A stretch of DNA of 64,000 nt, from positions 19,259,457 to 19,323,456 of the forward strand of contig OZ316892.1 in assembly GCA_973895155.1 (NCBI GenBank), in the 5' to 3' direction. How positions within the stretch are numbered: position 1 is the stretch's first letter; each line of letters opens with the position of its first letter. The position numbers and the translations under genes were made by a program. The notes under the pieces were generated by a model that worked only from the letters and a program-made list of their open reading frames with translations, was not told where the DNA came from and did no database searches. Shown piece after piece: positions 11,279 through 25,637 of this stretch. The DNA comes from Marsupella aquatica (Eukaryota > Plantae > Marchantiophyta).

Positions 11279-13013
11279 CTTTAATTTCTTTCAGACTTAA
11301 CCACCACTGACTGTAAGTGCAGGTAACAAACTAAAAGGAAAACTTGTTGATGGAAAGGAATCTGGTGATTTTGCTCTTTAGCAAGCTCGTCCAATTGTTC
11401 ATGTAGCACAAACTGTGATCAATTGCAGGATCAATTGATGAGGATTTGTAACAGCTTCAATTAAACTCGTCTCCTCCTCATTTATTCTCAACGATGAACT
11501 CTGCCAACTTATGGGAAAGGAGAGATACGATCTTTGCAAATGACATTCCCAGTTGCAAATCTGTCACATTGTCGAGAACATGACTCCTGGGTGACCTTAT
11601 GTTTAAGGGGGAGGGAATAATAGGGGAAGGCAACAGTAGGTCTGAGTAAAGATGGGGCAGTCATGCTAGTACTACTCATAGATGAGGCAAAAGTTGGGGA
11701 AAAAGTGTCACATGGGCATAACTTTTGGGGGAAATTAGCCTTCTAGGCTTGTAAAGTTATAGACAGTGCTGCGCAACAGGCATTCAAATTAGTCTCTTGA
11801 ATAAAAGTGTGAAACTGGCTGTTACTTGAAGAAAATGAAATTTAGACAACTTAGAGGGGAGAGTCGTGTCCTTTGCGAGTTGTGTCGCTGGTTGTTTAGT
11901 GTGTCCCTGTGAGAGTGTTTTCTGGCATGTGATTTCAGTGAGGATTACTACAGTTGTAATTTTGTTCATCTCAAAACCTATTTTTACTTGAAAATAAAAA
12001 TGTTGAACTTGAGAAGGGCCAACCCAGCAAGTTGGAGTCAACCTGGGAGAACCAAGACCAGACCCATCCCAAAAAGCACAGTGTTGTAAGTTCAGGTTAC
12101 TGTGGTTTGGCTTGCACAAACCCACATTGTGGAGGATGTAATTTAGTGACCCCTCCACCATCAGCCTTCTTTCTAGTAGCAACAGTTTGCCGGGCTTTTT
12201 GTCTTGGATTAGCCGGTTTCTCACCCAGCCACAGATTGCACGAACCAAAACCTGGCAGTTATCCTGAAATAAAGAAAGATAAATAATCTAGTAAAATTAG
12301 ATAGTGAATATTTTTAGCATTTTCTCCTTCGCCCACCCAAGGTGACATTCGCCACTTTGGCGGAAGCTAGGACACCGTAAAATTACCCCTGTCCAGGTTC
12401 CATCATCAATTTCTGGTTTACACGTTAGTGCAGTCCTGTGATCCTGTCAATGAGCCCCACTAAAAAGGGCCAAAATCCAACTACTTTAACCCCCTCAACG
12501 ATAACCGAGTAACTGACCGGACCTGTCTGCATCATCGTGCCCCACGGCGCCGGCTCGACATACAGCAGTGTACAGTAGTAGTCACCGGGGTACCGGTACG
12601 GGACTGCGCCACCGTATGTAGACCTGGGCTGCGCTTACACTGAGTACCATTCAAGCTGTGACAAGACGTGTCGGTATCCGGTTTGATTGAATTAATAATG
12701 TGAAGGTTTGAGAAGGCGCTCACGTACATGTCCGTCGGTCGTGGCCACGCAAGCAGCGACCAGGGTGAACTGGGGACGGCACTGGGGACCGCGCCACGAA
12801 AACCCTCGAGGTTCCTTTGCCTCCATTGTGACCGTGTCGAGGGTGAGTATTAGCTTTAATTTCAAGGATTTTTTCTTTTCGGTCAAGGAGAGTAGGAGAC
12901 GATGCTAACTATTCCCTATGTGATTTTCCTATATAGAATTTTGACCGTCAGATTTCTTTAGATTTAAAACTAACCATTAAATTCTGGCTAGTGGGGTCTG
13001 TGGCTGGACTAAG

Positions 13014-13190
13014 AACTGGCTAATGGTAAACTTACCAAAGTTTTGTTGAAAGTGGCCAAGACTAGTGAGGTGATTCTTGGCAAGTTTCCACCACTAGAAC
13101 AACTGGCTAATGGTGTAGAACTACCAAGTTTTGTTCAAAGTGGCCAAAAATAGTGAGGTGATTTTTGGCAAGTTTCCACCACTAGAACTG
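13014..13190. repeat. Tandem duplication, ~87-bp unit x2, within a dispersed repeat related to 14369-14508
   Basis: aactggctaatgg...aaagtggccaa...tagtgaggtgatt.ttggcaagtttccaccactagaac occurs at 13014 and 13101; 12950-13085 aligns loosely with 14369-14508. Confidence 0.75.
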
Positions 13191-15842
13191 CTTCCATGTG
13201 ACTGAGTTTAGGGCGATGATGTACATATAACATACTGGTAATGAACAAAATACTAAACAGGGAGACAAGATCTCGCAGATAGACCTAATAGGGGGGGACC
13301 AAAAAACCCTGAGGATATCCAATAATTGCTCCGGATAGAATACATGGCTTTTTGGGAGACGCTGGGGTTGCCAAAAGGGTGACCCAAGGACCCAATAGGT
13401 GGGTAATTGTCACCACCTGTAGAGAGAGTGGTGAGGAAGTTGGCAATAAATCACACCTCAACTGATAAATACAAAGACTATAAAATAATCATCCCTGTCC
13501 AAACAGCATGATGATGTAGCACCATTCAGGGCAGCATTCTTTGGGGGCAAAAATTTGCTAGATTACACATCTTTGGAAACTAATCACACAATTTTGGCAA
13601 ACACTTCTTATACTTGTTGTCTTCTATTATCCAGCTTCTAAGGTATATATAGCTTCTCACCTAGCCAGATCAGATGGATATCCTTAAATCGATAGAAGGA
13701 TAAGAGATTGATCTAAGACAATTATATAAAGCAATATACTCTCGCCAATTGCACTGGTCCGGGCCCCATTTTCCGGGCCCCCCACCACAATGCTTGAATT
13801 AACTACAGTACTTCAGCCAATAAATCGTCCCCGTCCAGAAAACATGACTCGCGTGTAATTCAAGTCTGATGGAGTGCCATTAGGCCATTAAGTAATTAGA
13901 GGCACGCAGGTACCCAGTTGGCCAGTTATATAAGGGAGGAATCACTGATGAGTATACGAAGACCGGTGCTATCGGTATACACTATACAAGCTTCTCTAGA
14001 CGGTTCCGGCCCGCGCAGCCAATGAAGGGGATCCGTCCTGGTTGCGAGGGACAAGACCCACGAATTCTGGCGGCGAGCGCACTTCTGAGCAACAGGCTAC
14101 GTCACAGACTCTACAGTAGTGTGGAATGATCGTCTGTCTATCCTCTATCGGGATCGGTGGGCTAGATCTGGCGGCCATAACTTACTATCCTGTCTCGAGT
14201 GCCGTGACTCGACTGCTGCACTTGAGAGTAAGACCGCCATAATTGGTGGTGCCGTGGTGGAGTGTCTTGGGGTACCGTAATTTCCGAGCCCCCCGGCCAC
14301 CAAAGTGGCGGTGGTGTGTGAAGTAGGAGAAGGTGTGTCTAATTCTCGAAAGTAAAATGTGACCAATAGATCTCCTTACATTTAATGAAAACCATTAGAT
14401 TTTGACTGAGTGGGTATGTGGCTAGATGAGAAACTAATCTAGACCAATATTTGGCTTAGTTTTGCCAAAGGTGGAAATAATTTGTTGTGAGTGGAATTTG
14501 GCAAATTTTAAATACACTGGGAGTGCTGAGTGCTGTTAGGGAACAAAATGATTGGTGCTAAATCTGGTGGCGCTTTTGTATCTCAGGAATGACACCCGAC
14601 TTAGTCAGGTAGCAAGAATTAGAGAGGGTTGTATTTTTTAGCAGAATTTGGCTCTATATTAGGGGGACTCAAAACAGTGGGTGAAGAATATTTTCAGAGT
14701 AGTTGAGATTGGTTTCATAGGTTTTGCCTTGGCTTTCTCCCTTTTATTGGGTTCCTGCCTGTTTGGACTCTCTGCCTGTGTGACTCTAAACAAGAAGCAG
14801 ACAAGAAATTTCCACAAAAATATTACTCACTACAGACTAGTGTGAGGGTGTGGCAAACATCTCTAAACTTTGGCTTATTCCTTCAAGCAATTTACATTTG
14901 TTGAATTTCATGTCAGATATTCTTTGGTTTGAGTTCATATTAGAACTACAAGTAGTGGTCCAGTTTGATTTGGTAGTTGCTACGGTAGTGCTATCACCAG
15001 AGTTTTTTCACTGGCAAAAATTAGCTAGGTCCTCCTCTCGAAGCTGATTTTTTCGTCTGAATTTTCTTACACACCATTTACAATTAAATCCTAACCCCAC
15101 TGATGAGGGGGAGCCAAGCACGCCACAAAGACAAAGACAAGCCCATCTTGGGACCAACAAGCGCACACACAAGATCCAAAACAACGACGCACACCACAGG
15201 AGTATGCCAGGAGCACACATCCCTGGCAACAGCCGTGGCCAGCTATATTTTTGTGTTCCATTAGTTAATTTTACACCTAACCATAGACCCAAATAATCGG
15301 GCAAACAGTCACAATCTGTCAATTCCAATCTAACCATAGAGCGTTCTGGTCACGGACCTTGAAACAAAATGTTACCCTTTAGGGCCCACCTGCCCACTAT
15401 TATAAGTCTGTTTCTCATGGTCGTCAAAAAACATACAAACGCTTGAGACCGTTTAAAGCTATTATTATTGGGACGGCACATAGTAAGCCGACAGCACGGA
15501 GCAGCTCGAGCAGTGGTTCAATAAAATCATCGAGCTCGAAACAGCTCAAATCATCGTCCGCCCCTCTCTTCAGTCGATCTGAACGTGGAGGATAAGTTCT
15601 CCCCCACGACCAGCTCCAGATTCCTCGGTTCCCGGAGTGGAGAAGGAGCTTGGGCTTTCAGCTTATTACTGCCTGCCGCTGTCGATCACGTGCTCAGTTG
15701 AGCTTGATCATCGCTTTATAGCTTAGCATTGGGTCAGAGACGCTGTCTGCTCAGTTCTGCTCAGCTCGACCATCAGGTTATAGCTTAGCATTGTTGCATC
15801 TGTCAGAGGAACGATCGTTTCGAGTCTACAGTGGTCGGAGTG

Positions 15843-18543
15843 ATGGCGTCGACGTCTGTCATGGTGCTGCTGCATGCTTTGGTCGTGTGCACCATCGTCG
15901 TAGTTTCGAATGCAGGGCCTGCTCGTACGTTGGAGTGAGTGATTTTGTGGATTATTTGTCGGGATTGGGTTAGACTGATTGTCTCTCGAGAAAGAATCCT
16001 GACTGGGACAGCATTGTGCAGGGAAGAATGCTGGTTTTATGAATGAGTGGATGAATGGATCTCAGGAATTGCTTCCAGCTCAAATTGGCAGTCATGTGAG
16101 AGGGGATGGGCCTCCCGTGTGGTTGCAGTGACAGTTCCAATTGTCGGATTTTGCACTCCAGTGTTGTGGATCGGTTTGGTGAGAATGTTTTGATCCGTGT
16201 GGTCTCTCCTAGCACTCTATATTTTTATCAATGTAGGCCGGCACGTGAAAGGTTTCAATACGCTTTAAGCTCTGTATTGATCTCTTCCTGTAGTACCCCC
16301 ACCATCTTTTTGAAACTCTTCTCAGTTTAATCCTTTGTGGTCGTGTGTCGATGTAGATTCTCTCTCCCCTGGCATGGTTTAAGTCCATTCCCAAAGCATT
16401 TCCGCTGCACGTCTGTGACTGGTCTTTGAACCTGGACCTTCGTTTTTCCTCATGCATTTGTGCCCCGGGCTACTTGTGTGTGTGCCGCTTGCAAATTTGA
16501 TAAGCATGGAAGCTTGTTCGTGAAGTTGAGTTCTCCCCGTTCAATTGCTGCGATGAAATCCATACCTAAGCCCCCTTCTGAAAACCAGAGTAGAACGTCT
16601 CCTAAACCGGCGATGTAGCTTAAATTATTCATTAGTCGTTTCGTTTTGGACGGCGCTAACAGAACAGAATGTATAGTCTGGAATCAAAGTCCCGTTTTGT
16701 GTGCAATGCAATTTCTCATCAATGCTTGAACGTTGGTAAGCTCTTGTAAATGAATGCCATTTGGTCATTTTCCTTTAATTTTGGTACTTCAATGTTTGGT
16801 CCTGGGGAAGTTCTCTCAGGTTGTGTAGCGTGATGATCGTTTGGGTTCTAGAGTCATCGAAACTGACGACGACAGCAAGCTGCATTTGATTTATCTCTTT
16901 TCTGCTTCATATGCTTGGCAGAGAGGTGAGAAACGCGACCGACATCTTTGGCAGTCGCATGGAACTCAACGCTGCGAGAAAGCTTAACGGATGCGGAACA
17001 GGAAACCCAATCTCTGATTGCTGGCAATGTGATCCCAACTGGTACCAGCACCGTCGAAAACTGGCCGACTGTGCCATTGGCTTTGGGCGGAATGCCGGAG
17101 GAGGTCGCAACGGAGCGATTTATGTTGTAACGGATCCTGGAAATGACAATCCCACTAATCCCAACCCGGGTACCATCCGTTACGCAGCTACCCGGTCTAA
17201 ACCTCTCTGGATCATTTTCGAACGTGATATGACAATCACTTTGTCAGAGGAGTTGATAGTCACGAGCGACAAGACTTTTGATGGGAGAGGTGCCACTGTC
17301 CACATTGCCTACGGTGCTTGCTTTACTCTTCAATACATTTCCAATGTGGTCATCCACGGCCTGCATATCCATGACTGCAAATCGACTGGGCCAGCTAGAG
17401 TGATGAGCTCAGTGACCCACGTCGGAGACCGAGGAGTGACAGACGGTGATGGCATCAGCATTTTCGGATCGAGTAACCTTTGGATCGACCAGAACTACCT
17501 CTCCAACTGCGCCGATGGCTTGATTGATGCCATTCACGGCTCAAATTCTATAACTATCTCAAACAACTACTTCACGAACCATGACAAGGTTATGCTCTTG
17601 GGAGCTCATGACAGCGATTACCCGGACCAGAACATGCACGTCACTGTTGCATTTAACTATTTTGGACACGGGTTGGTCCAGCGTATGCCCAGGTAAACGA
17701 TCCTGCACGATAACTCTCCAGTTCATTGCCATCTGAAAGCTTTGCATTGTTAGCTTTGAGACGCAGATGTTTCGAAGTGTTCCATCGCCGTTGACATCCT
17801 GGTGCTCCTGTTATCTTCTCGATCACGCTCCCGAATGCTGGATTGTTCCGTCTCGGCCTCCTTTTGGTTTATTTCACCCGTGGATTCAGGCTAATTTGGG
17901 ATGCTCAAAACTCTCGTGTCAATTGCTTCCACGTTCAGTCCACACAAGTGTCCCTCATTCGCGGAACAGTGTGTTGTTCCACTTGTCGTAGTCTTGAAAT
18001 CATTTCTCTTTGTCGATTTACTGTCGGATTGGAGTATCTGTCCCCTGCCAGTATCAAGCAAGTGCAATGCCTTGACGAAACATGTCCTGTTGTTCACAGG
18101 GGTAGATTAGGATATTTCCATGTGGTCAACAACTACTACTCAGGTTGGGGCAAGTACGCCATCGGTGGAAGTGCCAACCCTACTATCAACAGCGAGGGCA
18201 ATTACTTTGATGCCAGCGGCTCTCCAAACGACGTAAGCTGCTTTGGCTACCGTGTTCTGATGTTTTCAATTGGAATCAAAATTACATTGTGCCTTTTGGA
18301 CTGATCTTCTAGTTTGCGGAACTTATTATGGAGTTGTGGATGCTGTTATTATCACAGGTCACAAAGCATCTTGACAACACTGGCAATTGGAGGTCTCTGG
18401 GAGACTCGTTTAATAATGGCGCTTACTTTGTCCAGAAGGGACATACATCGTCGGCACATTTATACAGCAGAGCAACGAGTTTTACTCCTGTCCCTGCTTC
18501 TCGAGTGGCGGCAGCGACTGCAGGAGCTGGTCCCACAAGCTGA
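15843..18543 (+). CDS. Pectate lyase (PL1 family), copy 1, ~393 aa, secreted
   Basis: Exons 15843-15934, 16922-17692, 18100-18232, 18358-18543; phases are consistent. Signal peptide [24 protein letters not shown]; [53 protein letters not shown]. Confidence 0.95.
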
Positions 18544-19869
18544 AATGCAGGAGCTATTTTTTCGTGGAAAGGGATTTGTATACTGACATTGCACCGTACC
18601 GACTGAGGAGTTTTATTCACGTGACCTACTCATTCACACGAATGTTCATGCTCTAAATGTCCTCTCTCTAAAGCTTTGGCGACTGGCGAGTCTTGGCTGA
18701 GATATGTTGACCATCCGCATGCTTGATAGGTAGAGAGGAACAGAGCATCTTTACTATTAGTGCTAGCAGTCGCACAACTGAGCTGTGTTTGTCGGCCGTG
18801 TGAACTAGCTGTTTTTGCACGTAGCTAGGAGGTGGCACTGGACCAGTAGTTTTCCGAAGTGTGCAGGATTGGTGGCGTGTTTACCACATAGCAACATGGC
18901 ATCGTAATTGTCGGTAGGATGCACAAAGTTGTTGCGAACAGGGAATTTGATTAACGAGAGATATTTTCACACAAGAAGGTAGCAGTACAGAACTAGCTTG
19001 GATCACATGTGCAGCCCTTTGTTGTTTTACCTACGCATGACTTCGGCAGGCTACCTTCGAAACTCGTCGTGAATTTGATTCTCAAAGGTTGGAATTTGTG
19101 AATCTCTTCCCGTCCTTGGATTGCACAATTCAACGCAGCATGAGTGCGAAACCTTGAGACTTCCTCTCTACTGGGGCAATGACTAGCAGAATGCATCATG
19201 TCTTGTTCAGGCCTGTTCTCCGATTCGGTACTTGGGACCAACTGAGGGTAAAGGAGGCCTCTTATCTAAAATTCACATGTACTTGCAATATCCGCTAGGG
19301 AAAACGAGAACTGAAAACGCCAGGACGTTAGAAGGTTAGTACACTCATACCCAGGTCCTTGTACAGACAGATTGCGAAGTAATGGGTAATACCAAGACAG
19401 AGAGAATGGTGATTGGCATTGATCAAGAATCATATACAGTCTCACCTAGCACGGAGAAAGTTAACCTGGAGCTATTTCTCACAGTACGTAATGTGTGGTT
19501 ACGTCTTAAACGTAAGTAGCCAGAAGTTGAAAGAAATGGTCATACCTGTTGAAAGAACTGTAGGGGGAACCATGCATGTGTTGAATTTTGGGTAAGAGGC
19601 CCCCAAGTGTCTACAACTCAATTCGTGTCTAATTCAAACGCGGGTTGGTGAAGTTCTTTCGCAGAAATGGAATGATATCTACTAATCAGAGTTTCACATT
19701 ACATCGAGGGTTGATAGATTATGAAAAATGGAAAATGATTGCCACGTTTGGTTAGTCCCTTCTCGATCGGATTAGCGAGTCCAACAATAATCCATCCACC
19801 TGTTGGCAGCGTCTACTAGTGGAATTTGGAAGGTTGCTTGCACTGCACTTGGATGTCATGATCAAGTAA

Positions 19870-20400
19870 ATATCTGCGGAAAGGAACATTGTGGTCCGCT
19901 GAAAGGAGCTGTACCAGCCCTAGTACTGCAAGTGATGTAGGTCAATCATGACTCCATGGGTGGATCGAATTGTAAACTTATATGCGGAGCAGAAGTTTAT
20001 GACCGTAAAGGTGATTTCTGGTCTCCTATAAAGCCCATGGTATCCAAATTCCACGTTTTTCATCAGGTTGTGACAATTGGGGAGGAGCTTTTTGTCCAGG
20101 GCTCGATCATTCGTGACTTTAGTGATAGAGAAATTAATGATCCAAACCGGATTAGTAATATTCTTGAGAATCCGCTTAAGTCTAGAAAGATCTATCACCC
20201 TGGCAAGGATGAGTGGAGGTTGATGGAGCCTTTAATTGGGGATTGATGTTCGTGTGGGAGGCAATTTTGGAGCACCCTTTGCTGTCCAAGGAAATTTCTA
20301 TCACATGACTTCCTTCTATTGGAGTTTATATATATAATATAGTAAATCAATTCATGGTCACTTGTTCAAATCATTTTCCTTTCCTAAGAATCGAGGACGG
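19870..20400 (+). pseudogene. Kelch-repeat (probably F-box/Kelch) gene remnant
   Basis: MGGSNCKLICGAEVYDRKGDFWSPIKPM and IYHPGKDEWRLMEP match the Kelch blade consensus (GG...aevYD....W..i.pM); flanked by stops and frameshifts, no full gene. Boundaries approximate. Confidence 0.6.
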
Positions 20401-22052
20401 TTGCAACATGGGTACAATGTTAGATGTGCTCCTTTTGTGGCAAAGGAGCTTTTAGCAGTAGTAAGAAGAGATTAAAGTTTCTTGAATTCTGAAGAACATC
20501 TCATACGTACAAAAGGGTTTGGTTAGATGAACAAATATATCAACCGGGAGATGATAGTAACATGGCCTCCTCTAAGTCCCAAGGTAGTGCGTGACACAAT
20601 AAAGGCTATCAGTTGCTCTGTTCAATTAGCTTTGAGCAATGCATGGTGGAATATATCATTGCTTGACCAATTAATTTTTTTGGCATGGGTCATTTCCCAA
20701 TAATTTGACCACTTTATTTGATCTTCCAAGACTCCCTTCTTTTCTTCCAGTGTCAAGGATCAATCTATCATTTAGAATCATCCAGAAATATCTTTTGTTT
20801 GTTTGTAAAACCGAAGAAGAACATTAGCAACTCGGGTGTATGAATAGTCCGTCAGGTTGACAGGACTGAGGCCCAACTCGCATGTGAGAGGCCTGAAGCT
20901 TTTTGGCCCTAATCACTTCCTTGATCAATGTTTGGATGAAAGTATATCTCTTCTTCCAACAGTATCTTCTCTCTGGGACTTCTTTTCACTACATAGCTTT
21001 TTTTTATTACAGAGCCTGAGGTCGGGACCTTGTCCTTGGGACCCCACAATCTATGCCGTCAGGCTGGGCACATGAGGGGGTGCTGCCAGAAAAGTCTTGC
21101 TCATTCACATCCTCACACTACTCAAGTTGAGAGCCATTTTTTGAAAGACCCTTCACATGCAAGTTGAGCCTGAGCATTATTTTTGATCTAGCTTGTGGGT
21201 CATTCACCCAATTAAACTACACCTGCCCATATAAAAGCCCCATTCTCTCACTCACCACTCTTCATTCTTATACTCTTCATTCTTATACTCTCGTGAAGAG
21301 TGTCTCACCATAAAAGATGAAGCACTTGCCAATAAAAGGTGAAGCACTCATCACCTTTTGTGGAGCTCAAGCCCATTCTTGAACCAGCACACTTTAAAAT
21401 GAAGGCTGCGGTTAACCTGTAAAGCTATGGCGTACTTTCATTTTATGGCGTACTTTAAAATGAAAGCTATGGGTAACCTGTAGCTCTTTATTGGGGAAGT
21501 TCTGTTTTGAGTCAAAGTAGATGAGAAAGTCAAGTAGTGAGCCAATCCATATCTTGAATGCACTTAACATCGCAAAGAAAAAAATCACGAAGGGCATAAT
21601 AAGAAGGGGAGAAACGTCCAATTGGAGGTACAAAAAGTGTGGAAGCTCGACATTATACATATACCTGGGAGAGCGTTTATACAGGTATCAGCACTGAGAA
21701 CGGAAATCACGGATTACTTCAGTCCTGTCCAGCTGACAGGACGGAAGTGGAGCCTGGAGATGGAGTAGGGTACTTTAAGACCAAGCTCTCTGCAGCTCAC
21801 AACATTGTCTTCCCCCTCTCGTCACTACTGTAGACCAGGTCTTAGAGTCTCCCCACGACCAGCTCCGGATTCCCAAGTTGCTGGAAGGGAAGAGAGAGCT
21901 TGGTCTGCTGCGCTGCCGCTGGACTGGCTCGATCATCACCCATCAGGGTCCCTCAGCTCAACTCAGCTCAGCTCCCATAGCATTGCAGCTGTCTCACGAG
22001 GGACGATCCTCACAAGTCTACGGTGGTGGGAGTGAGGGAGAGGACATCAGTC

Positions 22053-25000
22053 ATGGTGCTGCTGCGTGCTTTGATTGTGTGCACCATCCTCGTAGTTTCG
22101 AATGCTGGCCCTGCTCCTGCGTTTGGGTGAGTGATGACCGAGTGATTTAGTGGATCTGGCAATTGGTTTGATTTCTCGAGAAGAAATGCGCACTGCGACA
22201 ACATTGAAACTGAGTGACTGCTATTGCTTGGCAGCTCCTCAAGGAAAGAATGTTGGTTTCCTGAAGCTCAAACTGGCAATGCATGTGAGAAGGAATGGGC
22301 CTCTAGTGGTTGCATGGACTACGTTGATGTTGCATTTTGTGGGCGTTCGTACGAGAGCGTTTTGGGTCTCTGTGGTGAGGATGTTTTGACTTTCATCCGT
22401 TTTGTCTCTCGTCAAGCTCTAGTTTCTGCATCAATGTAGGCGCGCCATGTGAAAGGAACCACAGGAAATCCTCTGACACTCTTCACAATGCGTTCCTTTG
22501 TGGTCATTTGACGATGCACAGTAGTTTAGTCTGTTCCAAACTATTTTTCTGCTGCACGTCTGTCACTGGTATGCGAACGTGGTACTTAGTGTGTGGCTGT
22601 TCCCTCTGGCAGCCCCATTATACACTTCTAGTGATCTTTCCAGAAAAGCTTGCTCGTGAAGTTGAGTTCTCTTTGTTGAATTTCTTGCTGCAAATCCATA
22701 TTGTGCGGCCATTTGACCATTCCTCATCTGAGTACCATTATTTGCACGTAGCGGACAACGAGAAAGACTCGTCTGTTTTGGCATGATTAGATACTATGCT
22801 GTACCTAGCTTTCAGAAAATTTAGAGTTTCAAGTGCTCTGCAGAGGTGCTGGACGTTTTCCGAGCTAGCACCCTCATTTCCCAGCGTCGGTAGCGAAGTC
22901 ATGTACTTGATTTACAATTAGTGGGCATGTGGTCCGGATTCAAGAAGTAGGCAATGGCTTTTCAGTAGCCGTTCCAGTTTGTCTCGAAACAATTTCTTCT
23001 ACATCTGCTAGAGTTCTACTGCCTTTCGTTGCTGTCATTCGCCTTGCCTGTGTCAGATCGAGGCACTATGGCCTGCCTTCCGTTCTTTTTAATATTCTCC
23101 ACTTGCACAGTGGAGCTCGTCAAGACGTCAAGCTACTTCACGTTAACTTTACCGTGTCCTGTTGAACCGTTCTGTCATCATCTCGGTCTAGCTTTCTGTC
23201 CCCAAACTGCGTCATTGATGTGCTCTGTCACCTCATGGAATTATTTCGGTTGTTCGCGCACCACGGGTAAACGGTTGTTCACTTGTTCATGATACTTCTC
23301 AGTTGTCTGACGAATCCAGCTTCGTTTCGGTGGACTGGGCCGCATGCTCCACTCATCGGATTGACAACTGCACTGCGCCAGCTATGGGTGCTAAATAATC
23401 CTTGTACTTACTCGCATTAGGAGTGCACGGGCCTGTGCCATGGAACCTTCAATGTAGTCTCTCGCCGTCCTTGCAATGTATTTCTGTCAGGAGACTCAAC
23501 TGTGAAGTACATGTTTCACGCCATGTGTAGCATAAACGCATTAGTGAAGATCATAATGTTCTGTTCTTCCCCTTCTGATGTAAGTGCTCCATGTGTCGTC
23601 ACATAGTAACCACATGTACCACATTGCATTGGAAGTGTGTTTCGAGCGGCTTTCGTCATCTGGACGTTGTAGTTCGACGTTTGCGTCTCATTACAAGTTG
23701 GCTCAGATCGGGAGATTCTTTGTGAGCACTTCGCTTTCGGACTCTTCCTGGCCTTCCTGAACACCCAAGTGGAAGTTCTGGTAGACCTGCAATGTAATTA
23801 GCTGACTGCTTTTGGACGGCCTTAGTGCTTTGAAATACTAGAGGATAGACGCATGGTCTGAAAGACCGTTTGTGAGCAATGCAATGTCCTTTCAGTGCTT
23901 GGAATTGTGTAGGCACTCGTTCATGAGCGCCATTTCGTCAGTTTTCTTTGTGGTACCTCAATGTGAAGTCTCGCTTACAGTTTTCGTTCCTGACAAAGTT
24001 CTCTTAGGTTGTGATTGTCTGCATTGTGATGAGGGCCATCTGAATTGAAGACCTTCATTTAATTGAACTGTTTCCTGGTTGGTGTGCTTGGCAGATTGGT
24101 GAGCAACGTGGCTGAAATCTCTGGAAGTCGAAGGGATCTCCTTTCGGAAACAGTGCTCGAGAGAAAGCTCAACGGATGCGGAACAGGAAACCCAATCGCT
24201 GATTGCTGGCAATGCGACCCCAACTGGTCTCAGCATCGTCAAAAACTGGCTGACTGTGCCATTGGCTTTGGGCAGAATGCCCGAGGAGGTCGCAACGGAG
24301 CTATTTACGTTGTGACGGATTCAGGAAATGACAATCCCACCAATCCCAATCCAGGCACCATCCGTTATGCGGCTACCCGGTCTGAACCTCTCTGGATCAT
24401 TTTCGAACGTGATATGACAATCACGTTGTCAGAGGAGTTGATAGTCACGAGCGACAAGACTTTCGATGGGAGAGGTGCCAATGTCCACATTGCCTACGGT
24501 GCTTGCTTTACTCTTCAATACATTTCCAATGTGGTCATCCACGGCCTGCATATCCATGATTGCAAATCAACTGGGCCAGCTAGAGTGATGAGCTCAGCGA
24601 CCCACGTCGGAGACCGAGGAGTAGCAGACGGTGATGGCGTCAGCATATTCGGATCGAGTAACCTTTGGATTGACCAGAACTACCTTTCGAACTGCGCCGA
24701 TGGGTTGATTGATGTCATACAGGGCTCTAATTCTGTCACTATCTCAAACAACTACTTCACGAACCATGACAAGGTTATGCTCTTGGGAGCTCATGATAGC
24801 GATTACCAAGACAAGAAAATGCACGTCACCGTCGCATTTAACTACTTCGGACCCGGATTGACCCAGCGTCTGCCCAGGTAAGATGACGGCCCTGCCTTGC
24901 ACTCTAGTGCTCCAGTGGCTTCGAGAGTCTGAATGCTCCATTTTTGCCTCCTTTTGCTGATGTCTGAACGTTATCCCGCAAGTGGACTTGGACCAGGAGA

Positions 25001-25637
25001 CCCATTGAGATGCTGAAAGGCAATTCTTTCCACGTCGCATGAACACAAGTTTCCATTCATTTCCGGAGCATACTTTTGTTCCTCTCGTCGTTACTTTGAA
25101 GTGCAATTCTCTGTGCATCTGTCCAATTTCGACAATCTGTCCCTACATATAGCGAGCATCTGCAACGCTTTGACAAAACATGTGGTGTTTATTTTACAGG
25201 GGTAGATTAGGATATTTCCATGTGGTCAACAACTACTACTCAGGTTGGGGCATGTACGCAATTGGTGGAAGTGCAGACCCAACGATCAACAGCGAGGGCA
25301 ATCACTTCGATGGTAGCGGCTCACCTAGCGAAGTAAACTCCTTTCTCGTGTACCTCCTTCTCGATGATTTGACACCGATTAAAGATGCTTCTGGACTGAT
25401 CTTCTAGTTTGCTTAAACTTATCATGGTTGTGGTTGTGGACGTTTTAACAGGTTTCAAAGAATCTTGACAACACTGGCAATTGGCGGTCTCTGGGAGACG
25501 CGTTCACCAATGGCGCTTACTTTGCCCAAAGCGGAGATGCGAGCTCGGCATCAGTGTACGACAGAGCAACGAGTTTTGATCCCATCCCTGCTTCCCAAGT
25601 GGAGGCTGCGACTGCAGGAGCTGGCCCCACAAGCTAA
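22053..25637 (+). CDS. Pectate lyase (PL1 family), copy 2, ~391 aa, secreted
   Basis: Exons 22053-22126, 24095-24877, 25200-25332, 25452-25637; same intron positions and phases as copy 1 and very high identity in exon 2; QRLPRGR catalytic motif. Confidence 0.95.

Noticed and set aside
11784-12248. 154-aa ORF upstream of DNAAF4
   Set aside because: No recognisable similarity and a non-ATG start; likely UTR intron or repeat DNA.
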